DNA from: Opitutales bacterium
GTDB lineage: Bacteria > Verrucomicrobiota > Verrucomicrobiia > Opitutales > UBA2987
DNA length: 64,000 nucleotides
Assembly (NCBI GenBank): GCA_965226885.1
Contig: CBDDEL010000014.1
Span: 64,001 to 128,000 of the forward strand
Direction of reading: 5' to 3'
Below, in pieces: positions 31,763 through 44,503 of the stretch. A model generated the notes under the pieces. That model saw only the letters and a program-made list of their open reading frames with translations, searched no databases and was not told the DNA's origin. The translations under genes and the position numbers were made by a program. The first letter of the stretch is position 1, and each line of letters opens with the position of its first letter.

Positions 31763-33095
31763 TGAAATGGACGGGGAAAACTGGACAGTGGAATAAGGTG
31801 GTCTTGAACCACTAAATCCGCTAACCTATGAATGTTATTAAATCACGAAAGAGAAGACAATACAGTGCTGAGTTTAAAGCCCGAGTGGCCCTGGAAGCCA
31901 TCAGGGGCGCTCATACCATCAACGAGATCGCCGGGCGTTTTGAGGTGCATCCCAACCAGGTGACCCAATGGAAGAAGCAGCTTTTGCAGGGAGCAACGGA
32001 GCTGTTTTCGCGCCAGCGGCAGACTCTCAGCAAGGACAACGAGACGGAAAAAGATCACCTTTACCAGGAGATTGGAAAGCTGAAAGTAGAATGCGATTGG
32101 CTAAAAAAAAAGTCTGAACAATTCGGTTGGTGAGAGGCGCAAGATGGTGCAACCACTTCAAGGAAAAATCAGTATCGGCAGGCAATGTCAGTTGCTGGGG
32201 CTGGCCCGCGGCAGCTATTACTATCGGGCCCGTGCCCAGTGCGAGCAGAACGTTCTCTACATGCATCGCATGGATGAGCTCTACACCCAATATCCGTTTT
32301 TTGGTTCTCGCCGGATGACCCAGTGGCTGCGTCGAGAGGGCCATGCAGTGGGACGAGGCCGCATCCAGCGGCTCATGCGCCAAATGGGCCTGGAGGCTAT
32401 TTATCCGCGTCGAAACTTGAGCCAGGGGCACCGGCAGCACCGCATTTTCCCTTATCTGCTGCGGGGTTTGGCGGTCGAGCGGCCCGACCAGGTATGGTGC
32501 AGCGACATCACTTACCTGCGGCTGAGCCGAGGATTCCTTTTCTTGACCGTGGTGTTGGACTGGTTCAGCCGCTACGTGTTGAGCTGGCAGCTTTCCAACA
32601 CCCTGGAGAGCCGCTTCTGTGTGCTCGCCCTGGAGGAAGCTCTGAGGCGGGCCCAACCTCAAATCTTCAACACCGATCAAGGCAGCCAGTTTACCGGCAG
32701 CGAGTTCACCTCGGTGCTGGGGCAAGCCGGGGTGCGCATCAGCATGGACGGGCGTGGCCGCTACCTGGACAACATATTTGTTGAACGCTTTTGGAGAACC
32801 CTCAAGTATGAAGACATTTACCTGCGCGAATACGCCACGGCAAAGGAAGCCAGCGAAGGGATAGCCCGCTACCTGGACTTCTACAACCACCTGCGCCCCC
32901 ACCAAGCCCTGGGCTACCGGACCCCGGCCGAAGTCCATGCAATCGGAGCAAAACCACCCTCCCCGCCAATACAGCTTGCGGGCACCTGCGTGCCCGTCTT
33001 TGGCTAAGGACAAAATATATTTTTAAAAAATAATATGAACACGATTTCCACCTTAATCCCACGTCAAAATTGTCCAAACAACCCCGTCCACTTCA
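31763..33095 (+). mobile_element. IS3-family element B, copy 2
   Basis: Same 1333-bp element as at 19289; right end abuts a truncated IS21; flanks GTT/GAT. Confidence 0.95.
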
Positions 33096-34409
33096 GATAT
33101 ACTCCCGGGTGCCTTCGCCCCCGCATTGGCTTTCGAGCCGGCGTCTGAGGACCTGCAGGCACTGCGGCAACTGCCAGCCCGAGAGTGGGCGGGCGAAGTC
33201 CAAAGCGCCCGGTTTTTTCTCCAGCAAAGCCAGGTAGTGCACCGGCTCGAAAGAGACTTGCTCTTTATCCCAAATGCGGCGGTGCCGGGCCACCTCTTGG
33301 CCCCCACAGAAGATCACCACCTGCCGACAGGACCCTTCCACCACCACCGGATGGTGGGCGCAGCGCACCAGCGAGAGGCTGCTGACGCAGGTCGAGCGTT
33401 TGCGGCTCGCTTCAAAGGGTATGGGCGGCAACGCCAGCATGACGGCGCGCTCCTCGGCCAGCAGTTCCTTTTTCACCGCCCTTTTCCCGCGTAATTTACG
33501 CTCCATGTCCCGCTCACATGCCTCCAACAGCTTTGCGTTGAGTTCCTCCAGGTCCCGAACCTGCGGTACCGGTACCAGGAAGTTGGCCCGGGCATAACGC
33601 ACGATCCCCTCGACCACGCCCTTCTCGTTGGGCCGGGCGGGCAGACAGAAGTGTTCCTCGAACAGGTAATGGCTCTGTAGCTGCAGAAACCCGTCGGTCA
33701 GCTTGCGTTCACGCGAACCGATAATCTTACCCACCGCCACCTTCGAGTTGTCATAGCTGATGCGCCGGGGCACCGCCCCGAAAAACTCAAAAGCTCGCAG
33801 GGGCCCCTCCCAGAAGTTCTCCGTGCACTCCCGTTCGAACACCTGCACGAAAAAGGCATCGCTGTAGGGCAGGCTCATGGCAAAAAATGGCCGCCTACGC
33901 AATTGCCCCGCCTCCTTCACCAGGGCATGACCGAAGTCCACCTGTCCCTCCCCGGGGCGGTGCTCCAGCGGCACGAACACTTCCCGCCGCCTCGCTCGCA
34001 GCTCGGCCACCACCTCCTTGACCGCCGTGTAGCCCCCTTGGTAGCCCTTCTCCCGACCCAAACGCTGGTAGATCCGTTTGGCCGTATGGCGCTGCTTCTT
34101 GGGCACGTTCCGGTCCGCTTTGAGCACCTCCTCGATCCAGCCCACATACGGATCGATCTTGCGCTCTCGCCTCTTCTTGCGCCGGTCTCCCGGCGGCTGG
34201 GAATAGGCCAGCGGCCAGCATCTTTCCCAGGGTCTCCCAGTGCAGTCCCTCTTCTCGCATTACAGAGCGCTTGCTCTGCTTGTCCCGCAGCACTTTGTGC
34301 CGCACTCTTGTCCATTGCTTCATATCTCGATACACTCCTCCTTTCTAGGATAAGCGTACCGGTTTTAAAGCGCCCTCTTTACCGTACCGGTTTTTCCCCG
34401 GCGTTTACA
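33096..34409 (-). mobile_element. IS21-family element, truncated and frameshifted copy (left end plus most of istA; istB missing)
   Basis: Left IR ends at 34409; 7-bp duplication at 34206-34219; 33-bp in-frame deletion near 33362. Confidence 0.92.
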
Positions 34410-34412
34410 CTC

Positions 34413-34887
34413 ATGGAGAACCGAATCAAGGAACAGATGCAATTGTTCAGCGAGCGCACCAGCGCCCATCAATGGTGGGCCAATCAGTGGCGATTGCTCT
34501 TGTCGGCGCTGGCCTACACCTTGATGGAAGCCATGCGCCGGTTAGCCTTAAAAGGGACGAAGTGGGCGCGGGCCCAATGCCACACCCTGCGGCTCAAATT
34601 AATCAAGATCGGAGCGGTCATCGTGCGCAACACCCGAACGATTCACTTTCACCTAAGTGAGAGTTATCCTTGGGCCAGTCTTTTCAACCATGCGGCCCGC
34701 CGATTGGTGCCAACCTAAAGGGTGCATTGGTGCTGCCCCCGGCACTACCGAACCAATGGGGGAAAGGGGGCAGTGTCTCTACACCCTGAAAAACACCTAA
34801 AAATCAAGACGATCTGCTCAAAATACAAAGAAATCCATCTCCAATAGCAATAACGAGCCAAACTTTACCCTTCATGAAATATCCGGG
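34413..34887 (+). mobile_element. IS1380 3' fragment with right IR
   Basis: Begins at the MENRIKE codons and ends at the IR, followed by TTAG. Confidence 0.92.
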
Positions 34888-35797
34888 TTAGTTCGAACCA
34901 TTCTTTGGCCTGCTTTTGCAACTGCTGGGCATCTTGCTGCAAGCGTGCATTGCGAGCCATCCCCACGATGTAACTAACTTCGTTGCGGTCGCACCAAGAG
35001 AGTATCCGGTCTCGACAAAATCCACTGTCGGCGCGCCAAATAATCCGCGTACGGGGCCAGCTTTGGCGAATCCGTTTAACCAGCAATTTGAGGATGGCCC
35101 CGGCATGCTTGCTGGCATCGATCTTGCTCGGCCGCAGGTAGGCCACCAGCAGCTGATCACCGCAAAAAACATATAGCGGCAGAAAACAGTAATGATCATA
35201 ATAACCGTGGAAAAAACGTCCCTCCTGGAGCCCGTGCACCGGATTGTCGGTGGCGTCAAAGTCCAGGATGATCTCTTCGGGTTCCTCGGCAAAGGAGCCC
35301 ATGAACTGTTCGACCAACAGCTCGTTTACCGCAAAGGCCGCCCGCCGATCCTGCCCGTTTTCAAAACGACACAAAGTCGGCGCGCTGGCCAACGTTTCAA
35401 TGCGCCCCGTTACCGTTTGCAACAATGGATCGTGGCGCAGGGTATCAAAGTCGTTCAAATCCTCATAGCCCGCCACCAGCCCGTAAACGCGCTGCCGCAG
35501 CATCCCCAATACCTCATGGCGTACTTTGCCCTTCTGCCGTTTGTCCACTAACTGTCGGGCCGCTCGTTCGGTCAAGCCCAACTGCCGATCCACTTCCCGG
35601 ATCAAAAGCAGTCCGGCATCCGAAGTAACCTCTCCGCCCTTGAAATCAACCCGCACACGGCGGCCTTTTACCCTTGTCAACTGTAGCTTTAATTGTTTAC
35701 CTTTTGTCATCGCTGATATTGCTTTAATTATTGATCTATCCTGCTGTATATCAGCAGTTAAGCATATCAACGATACTTTTTTTACGAAATATCCGGG
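34888..35797 (-). mobile_element. IS1380 5' fragment with left IR, broken at an internal TTAG
   Basis: Transposase runs to ...EWFEL then enters the opposing IR; CTAG flank at 35798. Confidence 0.92.
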
Positions 35798-35879
35798 CTA
35801 GAAAGCCCAAATTGGAAATTACGAAAAGTTCGATCAAAAACCCCCGATCCTTGAACCAAGGGCGTATCTCACTTTTCAT
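35798..35879 (-). pseudogene. 5' stub of a membrane protein gene overlapping the end of the cytochrome gene, cut by IS1380
   Basis: MKSEIRPWFKDRGFLIELFVISNLGFL read from ATG 35879. Confidence 0.5.
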
Positions 35880-37922
35880 GCTTCGCCCTGATCTCTTTTG
35901 CCATCTGCTTCAATTCCGCCAGCTTGTGCAATAACTCGTAATTTCCATGCCATTGAACAAAATCGGCTCCCCCCATAAATGCGCCATGCTTGGCCGTTCG
36001 GGTAGTGTATAAAAAAAGAATGTTATTTTGTATTTTTAGCTGTACAAATAGCGTTAGGCAGTTTATTCTTAGTGCATGGTTACTAAAATTATTAATTGTT
36101 GGCACTGTGGAAGTGAAAATATCATTAAATTTGGCAAGACGCCCAACCATAAACAGCGCTACCGCTGCCATGATTGTGGTAAACAAAGCCGCGAAAACCC
36201 CACAGTGAAATACACCGAAGAGCAAAAAGAAATGATCCTTCGAGTCTATCAGGAACGCAGCAGTCTACGCGGTTTACAGCGCGCCTTCGGGGTGAGTCCC
36301 AACACCGTTTTGAGTTGGTTAAAAAAAACGACAATCGCTGCGACCGCTCAAAAGCACGATTCTTGCGGCCCGCCGCCATGATGTCATTGAACTGGACGAA
36401 CTGTGGTCTTTTGTGGGGCGCAAGAGCGATGCCCAATGGGTTTGGATCGCTCTTTGCCGACGCACCCGTCAAATCCTCTCCTATGCCATTGGGCCTCGGG
36501 ATTGGTATCGTTGCCGGGAACTTTACGAGCGTCTGCCACGGGCCTACAAAAGATGTGCCACCTACAGCGACTTTTGGAGCACTTATGATGAAGTCTTTCC
36601 TCATAACCGATCCGTGGGAAAAGAAACCGGTGAAACGGCCCATGTGGAACGATGGAACAATACCCTGCGCCAACGACTGGGTCGTTTCACACGCAAAACC
36701 CTCTCCTTTTCCAAGCTTAAGAGTATGCATGAAACCTGTCTGAGACTTTTCATTCATCAATATAATCAAGAATTAGCCACCATTCCTACTTAATACACTA
36801 CCGCCGTTCGCCCATAATAATGCCAATAATCAAAATAAATAAACTCGATGGGTTCGTCGAACGGTTCCGGGGTCAATAAATTCTCTCTCCGAAGGTCTTC
36901 AATTATCTTTTTTGCCTCGATCACTTTTTCGTTGGTCGCTTCGACAGCCGCTTCGGCGTTTGCATAGAAATTTTCTACGTGAGGCTTTGTGTGGCACTTC
37001 AGACAAGTCTCTTTCATTTCAATTTGACCTTGTTCATAGGTGGGCCGCTTCTCTGACTTCGCTGCGAACAGCCAATAAGACAACCTTTCGGTGACATCAT
37101 GAGTAAATTTCTGCCCTTCCAATCCGCTCATGTGACAGGTTGCACAGGTGGGTACCGGCATGTCTTTGGTCGTAAGTTTTTTTGGATCTGCATTGAGATT
37201 CATATTAAGTTTTTGGGCTCGAAACAAAATCCCATGCTTCGACTCGTTGTAAATCTCCAACTGAGAATGATCCGGTCCCATGTGACATTGCCCGCAAGTT
37301 TCGGGCTGTCGCGCCAAAGCAATTGAAGAGGAGTGGCGCGCATGACATTTTGTGCAATCTCCAATGGTCCCATCTCGATTGGGACGACCGATGTCATGAC
37401 ATGCCGCGCATCCTACTTACATCGCGCTTTCTCCTTCAAGAATAGCCAGTTGATTGGCCTCACGATCAACCGCGCCCCGATGAAATTTTTCCGATTGAAG
37501 GATTTGCTCCGCCGTGAAATCCTGCCTACCATACACGGCCGCCCAAGCCGGCGCCCCATGACGACTCCGCACAAGTTGATCGTATTGGGTGGAATGGGGG
37601 TGGAATGGCATACTCGGTAATTATTGGATGTCACTTTCCCGGAAATGACAAATCCGCGGTGGTTCTGCTTTTCCTGTCCGTCCAATGATTGATGGCAATC
37701 CAGACAATTTAAACCCACTTGTGCGTGTCGGCTGATTTCAAATTGATGGATTATGGAGGACGTCTCCTGGCGATGGCATTCTGCGCATTTGCCCGTGGCT
37801 CGTACGAAGTCGGCTGAAGGTTGAGCTAAATCCACCATCGGCCTTTTTGATTGAATCAACAATGCCGCCAATATCAACGAGGTGCTTACAAAAATTGCTA
37901 TAAACACAGACTTGAATTTCAT
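35869..37922 (-). pseudogene. octaheme cytochrome c, hydroxylamine oxidoreductase (HAO)-like family, with four lesions
   Basis: Seven intact CxxCH plus YRVCH; CGQCHMGPDHSQ.EIY.ESKHG motif; 11-bp duplication, in-frame TAA, IS1 insertion. Confidence 0.88.
36001..36802 (+). mobile_element. IS1-family element (802 bp); insA 36076-36381, insB to 36793
   Basis: Ends GGTAGTGTAT...ATACACTACC, 8-bp duplication GCCGTTCG, C4 zinc finger, A-run slippage site, ELDELW and ERWNNTLR motifs. Confidence 0.95.
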
Positions 37923-38016
37923 AACTTGTTCCGATATACTGGATTAGGCTTCATGCGCAAATTCGTTCTACATTGTTATTTCCCTGTGAAATCAATGCTT
38001 TAGATGATAATCAACC

Positions 38017-38054
38017 TTATCCGGGATTTCCCACATGGACATTCATAATCGTTG
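38017..38054 (+). repeat. dispersed ~38-bp repeat, copy B
   Basis: TTATCCGGGATTTCCCACATGGACATTCATAATCGTTG; 3 mismatches to copy A. Confidence 0.85.
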
Positions 38055-38210
38055 TTCGATCCAATTTTCTGCATTCAAGTCAGTATAGCAATGGTTTTTT
38101 GGTACCTGCCTGTCGATTAGTGCACCTTCCACCCTCGCCATTCAAGATCAGGCAAAGGGAAGCAGAACTTCAAACAGCAGGTAATCCTGGCGAACCAGCA
38201 GAGGTAAGCG

Positions 38211-38519
38211 TCAGGCCATTTTCTGCAAGCTCTTGAGCGCCTGCACGGCATACAAACCATCGACATGGAAGCACTCCATAATGAGCATCATGGCGGCATT
38301 GTTCTGCCCGCTTTGAATCTCCGTCCTTATTTGCATGACATTGGCAAACATGCCAGGATCGCTTGCAAGTTTCTGATATAAAAATGTGGCCGCGGATAGC
38401 CCGATCCCGGCAGGAAAGTCCATCAACTGCGACAAAATCTTTCCAGCCAGAACCAAATCCCCAGCCTGAATCGCCCTCGCAAACTCCTTAAAGGTAACGC
38501 CTTTTATGGGAGAGTTCAA
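38211..38519 (-). CDS. hypothetical helical protein
   Basis: 102-aa ORF with GGGGAG RBS before a TTG start. Confidence 0.55.
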   Translation of the reverse strand: MNSPIKGVTFKEFARAIQAGDLVLAGKILSQLMDFPAGIGLSAATFLYQKLASDPGMFANVMQIRTEIQSGQNNAAMMLIMECFHVDGLYAVQALKSLQKMA

Positions 38520-38564
38520 ATGCTCCCCGCTCGTGAGGGCTGGTTCGGTTTGTCATACGGGTTG

Positions 38565-39116
38565 TTAGTCTTTTTTATAACGTTCCCAGGGACAAACATA
38601 AATTCGAATGCGATTCACCTTCCCATCTACTTTTCCCCCCTTACGCTTGTCCTCTAGGATCACATCGATCCTGTCTCTCTTGCTTCTGTCAGACGGCACT
38701 TTTCTTCCCATAGAAATGGTTAACCCTTCATATTGCTCATTTTCGCTCCAGTAGTTATGATAAAAGGTAAAAGCTATGCGCTTTGGATCGGCCTGGAGTT
38801 CTTCGGAAAAATCATTGTAATCTAGGGGGATTTCCCGACTAAAGTTTTCGATAATATTTTTCACTACTTTAAAAAATTCCCGATCCTCGTTCAAATCATG
38901 TATATGGGCGCGGAAGACATTCAGCCCATATTTATTCCAGGCACGAGACCAGCCCATTCCTTTTCGCTGTCTTTGGGTTTCCAGCATATTCATCAATTTG
39001 CTCAATACCATTGGCGGTTTTTTTTGCAGGTCTAGCTCCCGCTTCAATGTGCCCATCGACAGGTCTTCAGGATTGATGGAATCCTCGTCCAAAGTGAGGG
39101 TTTTGGATGATTTCAT
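38565..39116 (-). CDS. hypothetical protein (possibly truncated)
   Basis: 183-aa ORF with plausible composition; no recognised domain. Confidence 0.6.
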   Translation of the reverse strand: MKSSKTLTLDEDSINPEDLSMGTLKRELDLQKKPPMVLSKLMNMLETQRQRKGMGWSRAWNKYGLNVFRAHIHDLNEDREFFKVVKNIIENFSREIPLDYNDFSEELQADPKRIAFTFYHNYWSENEQYEGLTISMGRKVPSDRSKRDRIDVILEDKRKGGKVDGKVNRIRIYVCPWERYKKD

Positions 39117-39153
39117 AATTTTTCAGTTTCCGCGAAGTGGATTTGATCTTTCT

Positions 39154-39190
39154 TCCGGGATTTCCCATATGATCCGTTAGAGTCGTTGAA
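39154..39190 (+). repeat. dispersed ~38-bp repeat, degenerate copy C
   Basis: TCCGGGATTTCCCATATGA....TCGTTGAA aligns to copy A without gaps. Confidence 0.65.
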
Positions 39191-39211
39191 ATTAAGGCTC
39201 ATTCTATATTA

Positions 39212-41028
39212 GAGGCTGTCCCAAAAATATAAAGATTTTATAGTCAACTGGATGACGTTGATAAAAAGAGCCGGAAAGAGCAAGTTTTTGCTCGATCCGG
39301 CCAAAAAAGGGTTCTATAATTGAGTTAGCGAAAATCAATATAGCCCTTTCTATGAAAAATATAGCCATCCCATGCCTCCTGCGTCCAGCTTTAACTGTGG
39401 TCGACCGGTGCCTCGATTACGATAACTTCCGCGCCACCATTGATCGAATCGATCGGCTGCTGATCGACTCGGAGGTGGAATCGCAGGCCATTGAGCTGGC
39501 CTTGGAGGGGTGGCCGCCAATGGGTCTAAAGGCCCGGCGGCAGCGGGCCAGTTTTGCCATCAAGGCACTGCGCATGGATACGCTGGGCCGTCTGCTCGGA
39601 GGGATTTCGTTTCGGCATTTGTCGCGGGCTCTGGGCAGCAGCGATCTGTTGGCCGACTTTTGCCGTGTCCGGCAGATCGATGGCATCAGGGGCATCTCCA
39701 AAAGCACCCTGGAGCGGGCCTCGAAGTTTTTCAGCGAAGAGCAGTTGAGGGCCTTGCACCGGACCTTGACTGAGGTGGTGGCCGATGCCCTTCTGGCCCG
39801 GCAGGTGGGATTGGACAAGCCGATTGACACCACCATTTGCCTGATCGACGGCACCTGTTTGGAGGCTAACATTCATTGGCCGACGGACTGGGTATTACTC
39901 AAGGATGTAGCCGGCACGTTGCTCAAAGCGATCCGGCTGATCCGCGAGAAGGCCGGTTTGCGCCATCGCATGCCGATCGAACCGGAGCCCTTGGCTCGGC
40001 AGATGAATCGGCTGTGCATACAGATGACCCACAGCCGGCGGCGAAAGGACAGCGCGCGGCAGCGCAAGGGTATCTTGAGGCAGATGAAAAAGCTGCTCAA
40101 ACGGATCGGGGAGCATGCCCGCAGTCACCGGGAATTATTGCAAGCCTGCTGGGAGCAAAGCGATTACAGCGAAAAACAGGTCCAACAGATCCTCGCCCGG
40201 ATGGAGCGCATGAGCGAGCAAATCCCGGTGGTCATCAAACAGGCGCACGAGCGGATCATTGGCGGCCGCCAGGTGAAAAACGCAGAGAAAGTCTTGAGTG
40301 TTTACGAACTCGATGGGCAGGTGATTGTGCGAGGTAAAGCGGGCCAAGAGGTCGAGTTCGGCAACACCCTGTTTTTGGGAGAAAGCGTTGAAGGGTACCT
40401 GCTGGACTGGAAACTCTACGGCAGCCGAACTCCAAGCGAAAATGAACAAATGCAAGAGAGTTTGCGAAGACAGAACCGCTTCAACCTGGAAGAACCCATA
40501 GCGGCCATGTGCGCGGACCGGGGATTTGCCTCCCAGCGGGCCCGCCGGCAGTTAGCCCAGGAGGGAATCTACGACGCGCTCTGTCCACGCGATCCGAAGC
40601 AGTTGAAAAAACGGATGGAGGAACCACTGTTCAGACAATTGCAAAAGCGCCGGGCCAGCACCGAAGGGCGGATCGGGGTATTGAAGAATCGCTGGCAGGC
40701 CGGGCGGTTGCGCAGCAAAGGCTTTGCCAACCGCTCGATCAGCGTAGCCTGGTCGGTACTCTCGCACAACCTATGGAAAGTAGCCAAGATGCTGGCCCAG
40801 CAAGACGAACTAGAAACCAAAGCGGCGGCCTAGAGAGCGGAAAAGCAAGGACAATACTTTTTCACAGCCGTACTGTCGGCTCATACAAAGAAAACCAGGC
40901 AACCGGACCCCAAAACCAGTATCCTAACGTCATAGGAGAGCAAAGTTGATACTCTCCCAAATGCAAATACCTCTAAAATGAGCGCCTATCAAAAGCCCTC
41001 GCAAAAATCACCCTTTTGGGACAGCCTC
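39212..41028 (+). mobile_element. 1817-bp ISNCY/IS5-like element, intact copy 2 (transposase 39352-40833)
   Basis: Perfect IRs GAGGCTGTCCCAAAA; target duplication TATATTA. Confidence 0.92.
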
Positions 41029-41275
41029 TATATTACGAACGAATCTTGCTTCTCTCAATACGTTCTGCAATCGCCAGCCCTGCTATCTACGGGTAAAATA
41101 AATCGGATAGCCGGATGTCCGGCTCTTTTACAGATGAATTCGAAGTAAAATTTATCGGTTTTGGGTGAATCTTCCAACACAGGCAGTCTTCGTCTGATTG
41201 TCTGCTTGTTGTCCACCGCATTTTAGCTTACACACCTGAATTATAAAAAACCATCAGGATTGTAATCGGGATTAA

Positions 41276-42193
41276 ATGAAAATGAAAGATCAAGTTCGAC
41301 TGCCGATCGGCAATGCGCCCTGTTCGTGGGGAGTTATCGAGAGTGTGGAAGGCCAGCGGGGGGGGTATGCCAAAGTCCTCGATGAAATGGAAGCGGCCGG
41401 TTATGCGGGCACAGAACTCGGCGATTGGGGCTTTATGCCGACCGACCCGAAACGTCTGCGCCGGGAACTGGCGGCGCGCCACCTGCAACTGCTGGGCTCG
41501 TGGGTCAGCGTCTATCTGCACGATGCCGGGCGCCACGCCGAGAGCGCCGCGGATGCCGTCCGCACGGCCCGGTTATTGGCCGAGGTAGGCGGGCCGGAAA
41601 ACTTTATCATTTTGGGCAACGATCCTTTCGGCGACCCGCTGCGTAGACAAAATGCCGGGCGCATCAAGCCACAACAGGGTTTAAACGAAGCCCAGTGGCA
41701 AGTCCTGGCTGAGGGGGCTGAAAGGGTGGCTCGGGAGGTGAAACGCGAAACAGGCTTGCGGACGGTCTTTCACCACCACATCGCCACTTGGGTGGAAACG
41801 CCCGAAGAAACTGCTCATCTTCTAGAGTTGACCGATCCTTCGATCCTGGGCCTTTGTTTCGATACGGGCCATTACCGCTTCGGCGGAGGCGATCCGATGG
41901 TGGGATTGGTGCGGTATATCAATCGTATCTGGCATGTTCATTTCAAGGATCACTCCTCGGCCGTGGCGGAACAATCCCGCCGCCAGGGCTGGGACGCTAC
42001 CCAATCGGTCGAGCACGGAATATTTTGCGAATTAGGTCAAGGGGACGTCGATTTCCCATCCATTTTAGCGAAACTTAAAAAACTCCATTACGAGGGCTGG
42101 ATCGTTGTGGAACAAGATGTTCTGCCGGGCATGGGCAGCCCGAGAGAAAGCGCTCAACGCAACCGCGACTATTTGCGAAGCATCGGCCTCTAG
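41276..42193 (+). CDS. sugar phosphate isomerase/epimerase, IolE (inosose dehydratase)-like
   Basis: [36 protein letters not shown]. Confidence 0.85.
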   Translation: MKMKDQVRLPIGNAPCSWGVIESVEGQRGGYAKVLDEMEAAGYAGTELGDWGFMPTDPKRLRRELAARHLQLLGSWVSVYLHDAGRHAESAADAVRTARLLAEVGGPENFIILGNDPFGDPLRRQNAGRIKPQQGLNEAQWQVLAEGAERVAREVKRETGLRTVFHHHIATWVETPEETAHLLELTDPSILGLCFDTGHYRFGGGDPMVGLVRYINRIWHVHFKDHSSAVAEQSRRQGWDATQSVEHGIFCELGQGDVDFPSILAKLKKLHYEGWIVVEQDVLPGMGSPRESAQRNRDYLRSIGL

Positions 42194-42231
42194 GAAGTCA
42201 TGGATGTATATAAGCCGATTGAGACAGCCGA

Positions 42232-42480
42232 CTAAAACAGCTCTTTGACTACCTGGGCCATGGCTTCGCCGATCTTTTCCTGGTCTTCCTGGCTGTGGCG
42301 GGCCGATATCGAGGTGCAGATGAGGTCTTTGCCCGGCGCTACCCCAGGCGATACCGCCATCACCGTGAAGACTCCTTTTTCCATGAGCGATTTCCAGAAG
42401 CGAAAGGTGAGCGCTTTGCTACCTTTTTTGGCAGCCCCATTCCAGACCACCGGGAAAAACTCCTTCCTTAACTGATTTAT
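42232..42480 (-). pseudogene. C-terminal remnant of a class II PLP aminotransferase (AONS/serine palmitoyltransferase-like)
   Basis: FWKSLMEKGVFTVMAVSPGVAPGKDLI.TSISARHS.ED; no upstream part. Confidence 0.6.
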
Positions 42481-42932
42481 CAGATGAAAAACGGCTCGGA
42501 GCCATCGTAGATTTGGGCTCGGTTCGAGATACAATTTTACACCAGCTAAGGCCTTCAGTCCAAAATGTTGGAGGCATCGAAACAGATGCCGCCTTTGCTA
42601 TGATTCGTGAATCTGAGTTGGGAGGTATTTCCTAGGTTTCAGCCCGGCAGGTTACCTCTCTTAGTTATGGCAATAGCAAAATATTTACCTCAACCATACC
42701 CATTACCCTGGCCCTGCAATTTCCCCATCGGAAAAAATGGGATGGATTCACAGGCCAAGTCTCTGCAACAGGCTCTTATACTTTGGAAATCACAGGAAAG
42801 TTCCTGCCATCCACAAAGATTACTGCCGTATTCAATGGAGCAACGGTTCCGGTAGCGCGGTCCAAGTCCGGTAATATGCAACTTTCATTAAAAGGCGCAG
42901 GAAGCTTGCGGTTGAAGACTTCTACCCCTTAG

Positions 42933-44499
42933 CCCGGATATTTCATGAAGGGTAAAGTTTGGCTCGTTATTGCTATTGGAGATGGATTTCTTTGTATTTT
43001 GAGCAGATCGTCTTGATTTTTAGGTGTTTTTCAGGGTGTAGAGACACTGCCCCCTTTCCCCCATTGGTTCGGTAGTGCCGGGGGCAGCACCAATGCACCC
43101 TTTAGGTTGGCACCAATCGGCGGGCCGCATGGTTGAAAAGACTGGCCCAAGGATAACTCTCACTTAGGTGAAAGTGAATCGTTCGGGTGTTGCGCACGAT
43201 GACCGCTCCGATCTTGATTAATTTGAGCCGCAGGGTGTGGCATTGGGCCCGCGCCCACTTCGTCCCTTTTAAGGCTAACCGGCGCATGGCTTCCATCAAG
43301 GTGTAGGCCAGCGCCGACAAGAGCAATCGCCACTGATTGGCCCACCATTGATGGGCGCTGGTGCGCTCGCTGAACAATTGCATCTGTTCCTTGATTCGGT
43401 TCTCCATTTCACCGCGGCCACAGTATACCTTGTCGTAAAGCTCCTGGGGATCGCCCGGCAGGTTCGTCACCACGAAGCGCGGGTTGGACCCCTGTGCGGT
43501 GTGTTCGGCTTTATGGATGACCAACCGCAGCCATCGCCACGAATCGGCAGTATAGACGAAGTCCTGGAATAACCGTTGTTTTTTACCCCTTAGTTCGAAC
43601 CATTCTTTGGCCTGCTTTTGCAACTGCTGGGCGTCTTGCTGCAAGCGTGCATTGCGAGCCATCCCCACGATGTAACTAACTTCGTTGCGGTCGCACCAAG
43701 AGAGTATCCGGTCTCGACAAAATCCACTGTCGGCGCGCCAAATAATCCGCGTACGGGGCCAGCTTTGGCGAATCCGTTTAACCAGCAATTTGAGGATGGC
43801 CCCGGCATGCTTGCTGGCATCGATCTTGCTCGGCCGCAGGTAGGCCACCAGCAGCTGATCACCGCAAAAAACATATAGCGGCAGAAAACAGTAATGATCA
43901 TAATAACCGTGGAAAAAACGTCCCTCCTGGAGCCCGTGCACCGGATTGTCGGTGGCGTCAAAGTCCAGGATGATCTCTTCGGGTTCCTCGGCAAAGGAGC
44001 CCATGAACTGTTCGACCAACAGCTCGTTTACCGCAAAGGCCGCCCGCCGATCCTGCCCGTTTTCAAAACGACACAAAGTCGGCGCGCTGGCCAACGTTTC
44101 AATGCGCCCCGTTACCGTTTGCAACAATGGATCGTGGCGCAGGGTATCAAAGTCGTTCAAATCCTCATAGCCCGCCACCAGCCCGTAAACGCGCTGCCGC
44201 AGCATCCCCAATACCTCATGGCGTACTTTGCCCTTCTGCCGTTTGTCCACTAACTGTCGGGCCGCTCGTTCGGTCAAGCCCAACTGCCGATCCACTTCCC
44301 GGATCAAAAGCAGTCCGGCATCCGAAGTAACCTCTCCGCCCTTGAAATCAACCCGCACACGGCGGCCTTTTACCCTTGTCAACTGTAGCTTTAATTGTTT
44401 ACCTTTTGTCATCGCTGATATTGCTTTAATTATTGATCTATCCTGCTGTATATCAGCAGTTAAGCATATCAACGATACTTTTTTTACGAAATATCCGGG
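42933..44499 (-). mobile_element. IS1380-family element, full length (1567 bp)
   Basis: Both IRs, TTAG on both sides, intact transposase. Confidence 0.96.
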
Positions 44500-44503
44500 T
44501 TAG

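Noticed and set aside
33903..34718. 271-aa ORF as a novel fusion protein
   Set aside because: Antisense IS21 sequence running into an IS1380 fragment; a junction artefact.
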